Shown here: in pieces, positions 10,034 through 19,208 of the stretch
Layout: every line of letters begins with the position of its first letter
Position numbering within the stretch: position 1 is the first letter of the stretch
Assembly: GCA_037308085.1 (NCBI GenBank)
Contig: CP147779.1
Coordinates: 480,001-544,000 of the forward strand
DNA length: 64,000 nt
Source of the DNA: Promethearchaeati archaeon SRVP18_Atabeyarchaeia-1
GTDB taxonomy: Archaea; Asgardarchaeota; Atabeyarchaeia; Atabeyarchaeales; Atabeyarchaeaceae
Reading direction: 5' to 3'
Notes under the pieces: model-generated
What the model was told of the DNA's origin: nothing
The model's input: the letters and a program-made list of their open reading frames with translations, nothing else
The model's database searches: none
Program-made: the position numbers and the translations under genes

Positions 10034-10825
10034 ATGGCTAACCGAAAGCGGTTTTGCGTCGTCTGTGGTTCCGAAGAGACCCAGACCAATAGATTGTATA
10101 ATGGCCTCTGCGGGAGATGCTCAGCAATCGAGAAACCCAGCGAAATCATCAACACGACTCCAACAATCAGACTATGTAAGATATGCGGAAGTCTTGAAGA
10201 AAAGGGAAAGTGGATTGCTCCTAGCTCAGGGAAGCTGCAAGAAGATCTATCAACTCTATTGAGGAGAATGGCGACAAAGTTCGTCAGAGTTGAAAAAGAA
10301 GAGCGTGTCGAAGTATCAATTCCACAGATGCCGATTCCGATAGGCTCGAAAAGTGTACTCATACCTTTCTGCATTAGGACTAAGGGTGCCACCGGACAGC
10401 ACGAGCATCCGCAACGAGAGTCCATGGCAAAAGTGAGGCTAACGCCCTCGATATGCTCTAACTGTACCCTGATGAAGCAGAAGTACTACGAGGCAACGCT
10501 CCAAGTCAGAACGTCCGACAAAAAGATGCGCCCAGAGGAAAGGGAGAACCTGTTGGGCAGAATAGATGCGTGGGTAGAAGAAGGGAGAAGAAAGGATAAA
10601 CAAGCTTTTATATCAAAGTATGAAGATAAGCCTGAAGGATTCGACCTGTACTTGGGATCGCGTAGTCTAGCTTACTCGATTGCCTCGAAATTCAGAGCAA
10701 TGAAAGGAACAAGCATCAAGGAAACATTCAAGATAGGAAATGTAGATAAGTCCACGGGCAAACGGAAGAGTAAAGCAACAATCCTGATAAGACTCCCCCC
10801 GCAAATAGTCGATGGTCCAGCTTAA
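10034..10825 (+). CDS. nmd3: Nmd3 large-subunit export/biogenesis protein
   Basis: Four CxxC motifs; YYEATLQVR; GFDLYLGS. Confidence 0.88.
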   Translation: MANRKRFCVVCGSEETQTNRLYNGLCGRCSAIEKPSEIINTTPTIRLCKICGSLEEKGKWIAPSSGKLQEDLSTLLRRMATKFVRVEKEERVEVSIPQMPIPIGSKSVLIPFCIRTKGATGQHEHPQRESMAKVRLTPSICSNCTLMKQKYYEATLQVRTSDKKMRPEERENLLGRIDAWVEEGRRKDKQAFISKYEDKPEGFDLYLGSRSLAYSIASKFRAMKGTSIKETFKIGNVDKSTGKRKSKATILIRLPPQIVDGPA

Positions 10826-10930
10826 GAATGTGGGAAATCCACACATTATCAGAAGAATTAAAAACCTTGACCAACCATGTCTAGCCAGACAACCCTCACG
10901 CCAGACATGGCATGATCATGTTCAGGAGCG

Positions 10931-11257
10931 ATGGCATTGCCAAAGAAAACTAGAGGAGTTCAAGAACCCAGCTACGAAAGTGAAATCAAGCAAACCCGGA
11001 TTCCCGGCAAGGGCGAAGTTGTTGGCGTGATTGTTCAACAACTTGGGTTTGATAGAGTAATGGTCAAGTGCGCCGACGGGTTTTCCCGCCTCTGCCGAAT
11101 CCCAGGCAGGATGAAGAAACGGGTATGGCTTAGAGATGGAGACATCGTGTTGGTGGCTCCATGGGATTTCCAGTTTGAGAAACGGGCTGACGTTGTATGG
11201 CGATACACTAGGTCCCAAGCCGAATGGCTCAAGAATAGGGGCTACCTGAAGCTCTGA
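10931..11257 (+). CDS. eif1a: Translation initiation factor aIF-1A
   Basis: CADGFSRLCRIPGRMKKRVWLRDGDIVLVAPWDFQ. Confidence 0.96.
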   Translation: MALPKKTRGVQEPSYESEIKQTRIPGKGEVVGVIVQQLGFDRVMVKCADGFSRLCRIPGRMKKRVWLRDGDIVLVAPWDFQFEKRADVVWRYTRSQAEWLKNRGYLKL

Positions 11258-11460
11258 GTCTGCTCCTGCATTTTCCTACCTTCCCTCTTATCACACTATT
11301 GCTCCTCTTTTCAGCAACTTCTTTTCATCTCTTCGCCTTGCCAGACGCGTCTGCAGGCGGAGACGTAGAATATTTAAGCGTCCGACTGGATCGCTTTCGT
11401 TGCACGTCCTCCCACCCATGAGGAGAGTGGGCATTTCCGCAGCCCAGAGGCGAATTACCC

Positions 11461-12246
11461 ATGGTAGGCGACGCTCTTGAGAATCTTGAACGCAATAGAA
11501 TAGACGCTCGAAACTTCAGAGTGAAGCGTAGCGAGGATCTCAAGACCATCGAAGGCGTTATCGATCAGTCTACTATGCTGGCGCTGTATAGTCTGATGAA
11601 CAAGAACATCATTAAAGTAATTCATGGTGTTGTGGCAACAGGCAAAGAGTCAAACGTATATTGGGCTCAAGACGGTGCGGGAAAGAGCGCCGCTCTTAAG
11701 ATCTATCGAACCTCGACGGCTGATTTTAGGCGGATGCGGGAGTATGTGATGGGAGATCCCCGCTTTGAGAGGATTAAACGTGGAACGCGCTCTCTGATAT
11801 TCACCTGGGCCGAGAAGGAATTTAAGAACCTAATGATAGCCCAAGAGGCAGGTGTCCGCGTACCCAGACCAATCGCCGTGGAAAAAAATGTACTTGTAAT
11901 GGAGTTCATAGGTAAGGAAGGTACGCCCGCCCCCAGAATGAAGGATAAGCCGCCCAGCAATCCTTCTGCCACATTCAAGAAGATTCTTCGTTACGTGGAC
12001 CTGTTATACAAGAAAGGCAAGATAGTGCATGCCGACCTCAGTGAGTACAACGTCTTGATGTGGAAGGGACCTGTAATAATAGATGTTTCGCAGGCCGTGC
12101 ACACGTCTCATCCAGCTTCTAAGGAGTACCTACAGAGGGACCTGCGCAACACAATAAAGTATTTCACTTCCCTTGGGGTTTCCACCAAAAGCATCCCCCT
12201 CATCTATGAAGATATTACTGGTGAAAAAATGGAGAATTACGGTTAG
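11461..12246 (+). CDS. rio1: RIO1 serine/threonine kinase
   Basis: ATGKESNVY, KIYR, WAEKEFKNL, VHADLSEYN, IDVSQAV. Confidence 0.95.
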   Translation: MVGDALENLERNRIDARNFRVKRSEDLKTIEGVIDQSTMLALYSLMNKNIIKVIHGVVATGKESNVYWAQDGAGKSAALKIYRTSTADFRRMREYVMGDPRFERIKRGTRSLIFTWAEKEFKNLMIAQEAGVRVPRPIAVEKNVLVMEFIGKEGTPAPRMKDKPPSNPSATFKKILRYVDLLYKKGKIVHADLSEYNVLMWKGPVIIDVSQAVHTSHPASKEYLQRDLRNTIKYFTSLGVSTKSIPLIYEDITGEKMENYG

Positions 12247-12279
12247 TTCCCCCTACTTCGAAGGAATCGGTGTCTTAGT

Positions 12280-12858
12280 ATGCAAGCGAGAGAAGTAGTT
12301 AAGGTCCCACAGATAAGAGTGGGCGTAGTCATTGGAAAGAATGGCGAAATCAAGAGAAGGATCGAAGAGGAAACAAAGACAAAGGTCACTATAGACAGCA
12401 AAGAAGGCAACGTCACCATTGAGGCTTCTGAGACGACTGATGACCCACTTGCCGTTTGGAGAGCAAGAGATATTGTTGTCGCGATAGCAAGAGGATTCAG
12501 CCCCAAGAAGTCTTTCAGATTGTTCGACGAGGACGAAGCGATGGAAGTGATAGACCTGACTGACTTTGTGGGGAGATCGGAGAATGCCCTAAAGAGAATA
12601 AGAGGGAGGATAATCGGGGAAAACGGCAAGGCTAGACGCACAATAGAGGAGCTCACCGGCGTTAATATGTCAGTGTATGGGCGCACGGTCAGCCTTATTG
12701 GAGAATATGATCAGCTAACAGCGGCCAAGGAATCAATCATGCTTCTTATTCATGGAGCGCAGCATAGGACGGTCTATCGATTTCTCTATAGAAAGAGCAG
12801 GGAACTCAAGAAAGAGAGGCTTCAGTTATGGAAACCGGTGCAAGAAGCGAAAGGATAG
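12280..12858 (+). CDS. KH-domain pre-rRNA processing protein (Dim2/Pno1/Krr1 family)
   Basis: Two KH GxxG loops, AIARGFSP, RIRGRIIGENG, GAQHRTVY. Confidence 0.92.
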   Translation: MQAREVVKVPQIRVGVVIGKNGEIKRRIEEETKTKVTIDSKEGNVTIEASETTDDPLAVWRARDIVVAIARGFSPKKSFRLFDEDEAMEVIDLTDFVGRSENALKRIRGRIIGENGKARRTIEELTGVNMSVYGRTVSLIGEYDQLTAAKESIMLLIHGAQHRTVYRFLYRKSRELKKERLQLWKPVQEAKG

Positions 12859-12979
12859 CGACGTGCTACTCTTTATACTTGGCTGAAAATCCTTGACGAT
12901 GGCTTTCCGAAAACCTTAATATTGCTCGCCGTTTCTACATATTTTGCAAAATCCGCGTCTGGGATTTCCCAGTGCACGC

Positions 12980-13126
12980 GCCGGGGTAGCTCAGCCAGGT
13001 AGAGCAGCGGGCTGTTAACCCGTCGGTCACACATGTCTAGTCGACGTGGACCACAGGTTCGAATGCTTGGAGGACATTGTCTGTCAACCATATCGTCCAA
13101 AGCCGAATTTCCTGTCCCCGGCGCCA
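12980..13126 (+). tRNA. tRNA-Asn(GTT) with two T-arm introns (13031-13054, 13064-13109)
   Basis: GCCGGGG/CCCCGGC+GCCA; GCGGG-CTGTTAA-CCCGT; BHB helices GGTC/GACC and TTCG/CGAA. Confidence 0.93.
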
Positions 13127-13193
13127 AGACGCGCATAGCCTGCCGACAAGACGGGCCATAACCGACGGCAGAATGACACAAGACAGTACACGT

Positions 13194-13318
13194 GCTCCGG
13201 TAGTCTAGCCCGGTCATCCCTCTGGGTCCGAAAGGATAGAGGCCCTTCGAGCCTCCGACGCGGGAAGCCTTGCTCAAACAAGAAAGGCTCGCGAATCCGA
13301 ATCCCGCCCGGAGCACCA
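13194..13318 (+). tRNA. tRNA-Glu(TTC) with two introns (13217-13232, 13265-13295); atypical C33 and C55
   Basis: GCTCCGG/CCGGAGC+ACCA; GAGGC-CCTTCGA-GCCTC; BHB helix CGCG/CGCG at the T stem. Confidence 0.85.
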
Positions 13319-13497
13319 TTCATCGGCAAAGTGGTTCAGATGCCGTGGCTGACCTACACCTGCGAGAATAATCGCCACTATACGAAGTGACCCGATGGAA
13401 CTCCTTTCCCTAGAAGACTTCACAAACTTGGAACAGTAGTTTTAAATAGATAGGACTCGGGGGGAATACACAACGGACGGAGTGGCAGGAGGATTGC

Positions 13498-14238
13498 GTG
13501 TTGAAGAAAAGTCTTCTGATTACCTTTGCAGCACTAACGATTCTCCTAGTCGTCTCTGTGACCTCTTACACCTCGTCCGCGGCAGACGGCAATAAGCTGT
13601 ATGGAGCACCCTCCCCGGCATACACCAAAGTCGGCGTGAAAGTAGGCGACTGGGCAGACTACTCAGTGAGCTCAAACCCGAATTTCCCGGCTGACGGAAT
13701 TCACTTGTGGTTCACAGCCATAAGTGGAACCATGGTCACATTCAGCTGGAGGACCCATTTTATCAATGAAACCGTGAGCACTACAACGGGCACTGAAAAC
13801 ATTTCCCGACACGGTTCATTCGCCTATTTCTGGTTGGTCTGTCCGGACTTGGGAACAGGTGACCAGCTCGCCTTCAACAACCCGTATACGATAAACGGGA
13901 CTTCCAGCATGTCTACCGGAGGCGAAGTTAGGTCAGTCAGCCACTTCAACATCAGCCACTCAGACATCCTTTACTTCCCTGGCGTTGACTATCTCGACAT
14001 CTACTGGGACCAGGCGACTGGGCTTGGGGTCCTGAGTACCCACCACGAAGCCGCGGGCTGGTATAACTACACCTTAACTGGCACATCTTTGTGGGGTCAA
14101 GGGATCCCAGTAGCATTCTTCGTCTTAGGTGTGGGCGCTGCTGCAGTCTTGATAGCAATTTCTTTGATCGTATTGCCAAGACGCGCAGCAAAGAGGATGG
14201 CCACCAAGCCAAAAGATCTGCCATCTGCTGGAAAGTGA
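13498..14238 (+). CDS. Secreted, C-terminally membrane-anchored hypothetical protein
   Basis: Signal peptide, GVKVGDWADY and YWDQATG motifs, C-terminal TM helix with basic tail. Confidence 0.75.
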   Translation: MLKKSLLITFAALTILLVVSVTSYTSSAADGNKLYGAPSPAYTKVGVKVGDWADYSVSSNPNFPADGIHLWFTAISGTMVTFSWRTHFINETVSTTTGTENISRHGSFAYFWLVCPDLGTGDQLAFNNPYTINGTSSMSTGGEVRSVSHFNISHSDILYFPGVDYLDIYWDQATGLGVLSTHHEAAGWYNYTLTGTSLWGQGIPVAFFVLGVGAAAVLIAISLIVLPRRAAKRMATKPKDLPSAGK

Positions 14239-14546
14239 AGGCGGAGGAGGAGAAGCTGGGTAAAGAGGCAAGCGATGCGGTGGACAGGACAAAAGACAAA
14301 GTGCGCAGTGCACAGGGCAAGAGCGCCAAGAAAGTGGACGATAACGGTACGCCTACCGACTGAGCAGAAAACGAGGCAAGCAGCCGTCTCATTTTTCTGG
14401 GTATCCTCGCATCGCTTGATCACGACGTCCGCTGCGAGGAAGCCCACATCCATCTAGGGGTGGGCGGTTCATGGCGCTGGGAGTCACATATATGTGGCTT
14501 GTCCCCTGTTTTGGTAGAAGCGAGTCAGAGGGGGTGATAAGGGAAT

Positions 14547-14726
14547 TTGACGAAGAACCTTGCATCTTATCGTGGAGGGATGACGCTGGCAATAGCCGGT
14601 TTCATCTTTTCCCTGTTTGGTTTCTTGTCCGTTATGTTCAGCTCTGGATTGTCTTGGCTTCAAGGACTCCCGTTAATGGTTTTTGGTATTTCACTTGAGT
14701 TGCTGGGCATTGCCTATCGTCAATGA
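14547..14726 (+). CDS. Small two-TM hypothetical protein (59 aa)
   Basis: GGGGTGA RBS, TTG start, MTKNLASYRGGMTLAIAGFIFSLFGFL...; below the ORF-track cutoff. Confidence 0.5.
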   Translation: MTKNLASYRGGMTLAIAGFIFSLFGFLSVMFSSGLSWLQGLPLMVFGISLELLGIAYRQ

Positions 14727-14920
14727 CACGATGCCTAGCCATCGCCAAACGTATGCTGGATTAACTGGGAAGTCCAACTTTCTTTTTTTTACGTATTCTT
14801 CGGACTCCGTTTCAACTCGGTGTCTCAGTCTTGTGCCAATTCATTCTGCAGGGACGTTAAGACTATAAGCCAAAGAAGGTGTCATTATGCTTGTCTAGTA
14901 GACGGAGGAGACGATTCGAT

Positions 14921-15397
14921 ATGAATGACAAGTTCCACATGGTTGGCACTAGAATTCCAGAGTTCAGCCTCCCGAATTCCAGAGGAGAGAACGTCAACAT
15001 AAGGGATTTTGAAGGCAAGAAGAACGTCGTCATAATCCTGCTAAGGGGCATAAGCTGACCATACTGTAGAGGACACCTTGCCGGACTTGCAAGTGGCTAC
15101 GAAGGGTTTGAGCAACTGAACGCAACGCTGTATCCTATTACCGCGGACAAATTAGAGAATGCTGAGAAAATGGAGGAAAAATACGCCAAGGGAAGATATC
15201 CGGTGTTCTATGATCAGAGTAAGAAGGTTGCAGACATGTTGCACCAAGAGGTCATCATTCACAAGTTCGGGAGGATGCCGGCTCTACTGGTTGTAGACAA
15301 GAAGGGAATGGTTCGATACGCGCATTACGGCGAATCAATGAGGGACATTCCCAAGAACGAGGAGATATTCGGGGTGCTCAAGGAATTCGTGGATTAG
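14921..15397 (+). CDS. Peroxiredoxin-like (AhpC/TSA) probable selenoprotein with UxxC motif
   Basis: GGAGG RBS; MNDKFHMVGTRIPEFSLPNSRGENV...LLRGIS(TGA 15056-15058)PYCR... stays in frame to PALLVVDKKGMVRYAH. Confidence 0.85.
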
Positions 15398-15474
15398 AGA
15401 TTTGGTGGGGTAAGACAGAAAAGACAGATGAAGTCTATACCCTTAACTTGGCCAAAGTGACCAGATCTCGACCT

Positions 15475-15978
15475 TCACCTTTTTTGGGGGCGCACTTCTG
15501 CCGCCCACGAGTCCTTCCCGTCTTGCTGTTGTAGTATTCTGTCCACGCATCTCCTCACATATACTTCTATTTCCCTGATGGAACGTTCAAAAACCTCTAC
15601 TGGTTTTTCCCAAAGATCTTCCATATCCCTATCGTCGGAAAAGCCGGCGCAATTCTTGATCGTGAGGATCTTCGCCTTGGTCTTTGGAAACATGCCCTCT
15701 AGTTCTGCCACCTGCTTCTTATCAAAAACCAAGATCAGATCAGCCGCCTCAACCAAGCTAACATTCACCTGTCTGGGCTTGTGACGAGATAGATCAACGC
15801 CGTACTTTCGGGCCACCTCAACTATTTCCTGCGGTAATGGCTGACCTCTATACTCAAGTATTCCAGCCGATTCCACCTTTATGCTCGAGTTTCCAAGAAG
15901 TTTCTTAGTTATCCGTTCGGCGAACGGGCTTCTGAAGACATTTCCTGTACAAACGTATAGTATGCTCTTGATGGGCAT
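15475..15978 (-). CDS. Low-molecular-weight protein tyrosine phosphatase / ArsC-like
   Basis: ILYVCTGNVFRSPFAE (CX5R), SAG, ADLIL. Confidence 0.88.
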   Translation of the reverse strand: MPIKSILYVCTGNVFRSPFAERITKKLLGNSSIKVESAGILEYRGQPLPQEIVEVARKYGVDLSRHKPRQVNVSLVEAADLILVFDKKQVAELEGMFPKTKAKILTIKNCAGFSDDRDMEDLWEKPVEVFERSIREIEVYVRRCVDRILQQQDGKDSWAAEVRPQKR

Positions 15979-16099
15979 TTGAAACACCATCTTGGCGATT
16001 CTTACTTGTGGAAGGAACGATATAGCGTTTGATGGGTTGACACAGAGCTTTTTATTTAGTACATTGTATCTGGTTAATATCCACTGTGGAGGGCTTTGC

Positions 16100-17545
16100 A
16101 TGAGTGCGGTGAAGAATTACGATCTTATTGTCGTCGGAACCGGCTCCGCTATGGCGATAGTGGACGCCATGATCAATGAGAATACTCACCTAAAAGTCGC
16201 GGTCATAGACAAGGATGATCCCGGCGGTATCTGCTTGACACGAGGCTGTATCCCATCAAAGCTACTTGTTTACCCCGCAGAGATAGTGCGAACAATAGAG
16301 AGAGCAAATGAGTTTGGAATCGACGTGAACCTGAGGAAAGTGGATTTCGCCAAGGTTATGGAGAGAATGCGGTCCCACCTAGGTCCCGAGATTAAGATGA
16401 TCAGAGAGGGGCTCTCCAGCGCTGCAAACATGGACTACTATCCCATTGCAGCTGAGTTCATCGCCCCGTACAAGTTGAAAGCTGGAAAAGACGTCATAAC
16501 CTCGAAGATGATTATTCTCTGCACCGGGTCCAGACCCATGATACCCCCAATCAATGGGCTTGACAAGGTAGGCTATCTCACAAGCGACACACTGCTCGGA
16601 ATCACTCGCCTGCCCGATAGCGTGATGATAGTAGGTGGTGGATTCATAGCTGCGGAGTATGGACACTTCTTCTCATCTATGGGCTCGAAAGTCACAATAA
16701 TCGGTCGCGCACCACAATTCCTCCCGGAGGAAGAACCAGAGATCGGTGCTCTATCAAAAAGGGAGATGCAGAGACACATGACAATCATCACAAACCACGA
16801 GGTTGTAGACGCCAACAAGACAGCTTCAGGAAAGAAGAAGCTCATAGTAGTAGATCGCTCGACCAAGAATAGGACCGAAGTTATCGGCGACGAGATACTG
16901 GTGGCAGCCGGAAGAGCATCAAATTCGGATGTGCTTCATCCAGAGAAGGCTGGAATCGCCACAGATAAGAATGGATGGATCATCGTCAACGAGCACCTCG
17001 AAACCAACCAGCCAAACATATGGGCTCTGGGTGACGCAGACGGCAAGTATCCCTTCAAACACAAAGCGAACTATGAGTCCCTAGTCTTATACCACAACGC
17101 TGTTTTGAAGGACAACATGAAGGCAGATTACCATGCAATTCCACACGCAATTTTCTCGTTCCCCGAGATTGCGAGTGTGGGGCTGAAGGAGAGAGAAGCA
17201 ATAGAGAGACTTGGCGAAGATAAGATCCTCATTGGTATCCAGAGATACGAAGACACTGCAAAAGGAGAAGCCATGGGGGTTAAGGATTTCTTCGTCAAGG
17301 CAATCGTGGAAAAAGAAACCATGAAGATCCTGGGGGCGCACATCATCGGCCCAAGTGCATCCATTCTCATACAGGAGATAATAGACTTGATGTACACGCC
17401 ACAGCAAAGCGCACTACCAATAACTCAAGGAATGCATATCCACCCAGCGCTCACCGAAGTGGTAGAAAGAGCCTTCGCAAACCTCATGTCTCCAGATCAG
17501 TATCACCACACTATCGAGGATCATTTCAAGCTGCCAACCCAGTGA
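16100..17545 (+). CDS. Class I pyridine nucleotide-disulfide oxidoreductase (dihydrolipoamide dehydrogenase / mycothione reductase-like)
   Basis: GGICLTRGCIPSK redox motif, GGGFIAAE, HIHPALTE. Confidence 0.9.
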   Translation: MSAVKNYDLIVVGTGSAMAIVDAMINENTHLKVAVIDKDDPGGICLTRGCIPSKLLVYPAEIVRTIERANEFGIDVNLRKVDFAKVMERMRSHLGPEIKMIREGLSSAANMDYYPIAAEFIAPYKLKAGKDVITSKMIILCTGSRPMIPPINGLDKVGYLTSDTLLGITRLPDSVMIVGGGFIAAEYGHFFSSMGSKVTIIGRAPQFLPEEEPEIGALSKREMQRHMTIITNHEVVDANKTASGKKKLIVVDRSTKNRTEVIGDEILVAAGRASNSDVLHPEKAGIATDKNGWIIVNEHLETNQPNIWALGDADGKYPFKHKANYESLVLYHNAVLKDNMKADYHAIPHAIFSFPEIASVGLKEREAIERLGEDKILIGIQRYEDTAKGEAMGVKDFFVKAIVEKETMKILGAHIIGPSASILIQEIIDLMYTPQQSALPITQGMHIHPALTEVVERAFANLMSPDQYHHTIEDHFKLPTQ

Positions 17546-17837
17546 AACCCATCTCAACCATTGGAGCTACCTGCCGACTCAACTGCTTTAGAAACACAAG
17601 ATCACGTTCATCAACGCGTTCCGCGCAGAGACTAAAGAAGCAACCATCTGGCAGAAGTCCCCCTTCAGGTTCAGCTTCGAGGCGACCCTTTTTGCGAGCC
17701 TTTCAGAAAATAACCTCCGTGCGTTGACATCCAACTGAGTCGCCTGACCAATTCCATGCTTCTCCGTTGAAACCACCTTAAATCCTCTTGACGTGAGGTT
17801 TCTGTCTTGGCGACTGCGGTCGGAGGTGGCAAGAAAG

Positions 17838-18359
17838 CTAGGCGATCTTTGAGGCGTCGACATCGATTCGGCATGGAGTTGGCAGTTTCATTGCAGCTCT
17901 GCGCAAGGCTTCCTTGGCGACTGGAGCCGCGTCGGATCTAACGCGGACTGTGACCAGTGGTTGTCCAACTCTCACTCTTGCTGCGCTTCCAATTGCCTTG
18001 CCGAAGGCTCGCTTCATTCCATCCTGTAACCTGTCAGCACCCGCAAAGGCCATCATCTTGTTCTCTCTGAGAATATGGTGAGGGTAAACCCTGATGAAGA
18101 GCTGGAAGTCTTCCTTCCCGATCTTCTTCGCCAAGTACTTGTTGGCTGCCTGTCTGGCTGCCTCAAGAGCCATATGCCTTATCTGCGCAGCCTCCTTAGC
18201 GAATATGGACAGCCGTACAGGATAATCACCTTCCTGCGCCGCTTTGTTCCCCATGGTGAAAATCGTTATCTTAGGCGGTGGTCCACCATGAATGTATTCT
18301 TTCCTGGTGTACGCCTGCTGCGAGATTTCTCTGTAACAATGTCCGGGGCGTTGAGGCAC
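17838..18359 (-). CDS. rpl10e: Ribosomal protein uL16 (L10e)
   Basis: RPGHCYR, ALEAAR, YPHHILRENK, GADRLQDGM. Confidence 0.97.
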   Translation of the reverse strand: MPQRPGHCYREISQQAYTRKEYIHGGPPPKITIFTMGNKAAQEGDYPVRLSIFAKEAAQIRHMALEAARQAANKYLAKKIGKEDFQLFIRVYPHHILRENKMMAFAGADRLQDGMKRAFGKAIGSAARVRVGQPLVTVRVRSDAAPVAKEALRRAAMKLPTPCRIDVDASKIA

Positions 18360-18463
18360 TCTATGTCACCTATCCAAACCCAATTGATTCGATCTACAGA
18401 TTAGAACACGTACTCCTCCAAAGCGCCTAGGAAGTATTGGGGTAGCTAGCTTCTGTGCCATAT

Positions 18464-19075
18464 TTAAGAGTTTTGTCCTTCCAGTGGTTCTCGCCTGCAC
18501 CGAAGTTCCTCGTCTCTATAAATCTTGCTTGGTTCGGGACCAACTTGGTGCTGGTATTTCGATCCTCTATCTGGGTGTCCGTATGGCCTTTCCGAAGGCG
18601 AGGACAACATCTCAAAAACTATTTGGCACACTCTCTGGCCCGGGTACAAGGCAACTGGCAACTTTCCCACATTCGACATCTCAAGCGTCAAATGCCCGTC
18701 GAAGCAGCTGTCGACGAACCCCGCTGTCGCATGGATCACGACAGCAATTCTACCCAAGCTTGAACGACCTTCAAGCCTTCCTACAAGGTTGTTCGGAAGC
18801 TTCACCCGTTCCACCGTCGTCGCCAAAACAAACTCATAAGGATGAAGAATGAAGGGTTTCCCGTCCTCGACCTTTATTACCTCAGTATACTTTTCAAGAT
18901 CCTTGTCGTTCAACGGATCTATGTAGGCCTTCTCCGAGGGCTTGAACACTCTAAACAGATTGCCGAGCCGTAGATCCACAGAGGAAGGTTGTATCTGCGT
19001 AGCCGGATCAAGAGGCTCTATGAGCAGCTCATTGGTTTTGAGGAGCTTCTTGATATCCCTATCAGAAAGGATCAA
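18464..19075 (-). CDS. dcd: dCTP deaminase
   Basis: MILSDRDI, QPSSVDLRLG, EGRSSLGR, HATAGFVD, TLE. Confidence 0.95.
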   Translation of the reverse strand: MILSDRDIKKLLKTNELLIEPLDPATQIQPSSVDLRLGNLFRVFKPSEKAYIDPLNDKDLEKYTEVIKVEDGKPFILHPYEFVLATTVERVKLPNNLVGRLEGRSSLGRIAVVIHATAGFVDSCFDGHLTLEMSNVGKLPVALYPGQRVCQIVFEMLSSPSERPYGHPDRGSKYQHQVGPEPSKIYRDEELRCRREPLEGQNS

Positions 19076-19208
19076 CCCTCAAGGCGCCCTCCAACTTTGC
19101 TTGTCATTGATCGTTCTGCCTCTCATCCTTAGATCATCGGTCTCGACCTGCTTTTAAGATGTTTGTATGATAACTTACAGAAGCGATTTCCTCTTCATCC
19201 GCATGGCG

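Noticed and set aside
12873-13329. Minus-strand ORFs of 148 and 81 aa
   Set aside because: They are antisense shadows of tRNA-Asn and tRNA-Glu.
13325-13375. Possible seventh degenerate copy of the array repeat after tRNA-Glu (GACCTACAC...CTGCGA...GAATAATC)
   Set aside because: It lacks the GAAAAGACTAGAA core and the match is too short to support by eye.
15398-15470. Eukaryote-type SECIS from ATGA...AA...GA downstream of the peroxiredoxin
   Set aside because: The helix between ATGA and GA does not base-pair.
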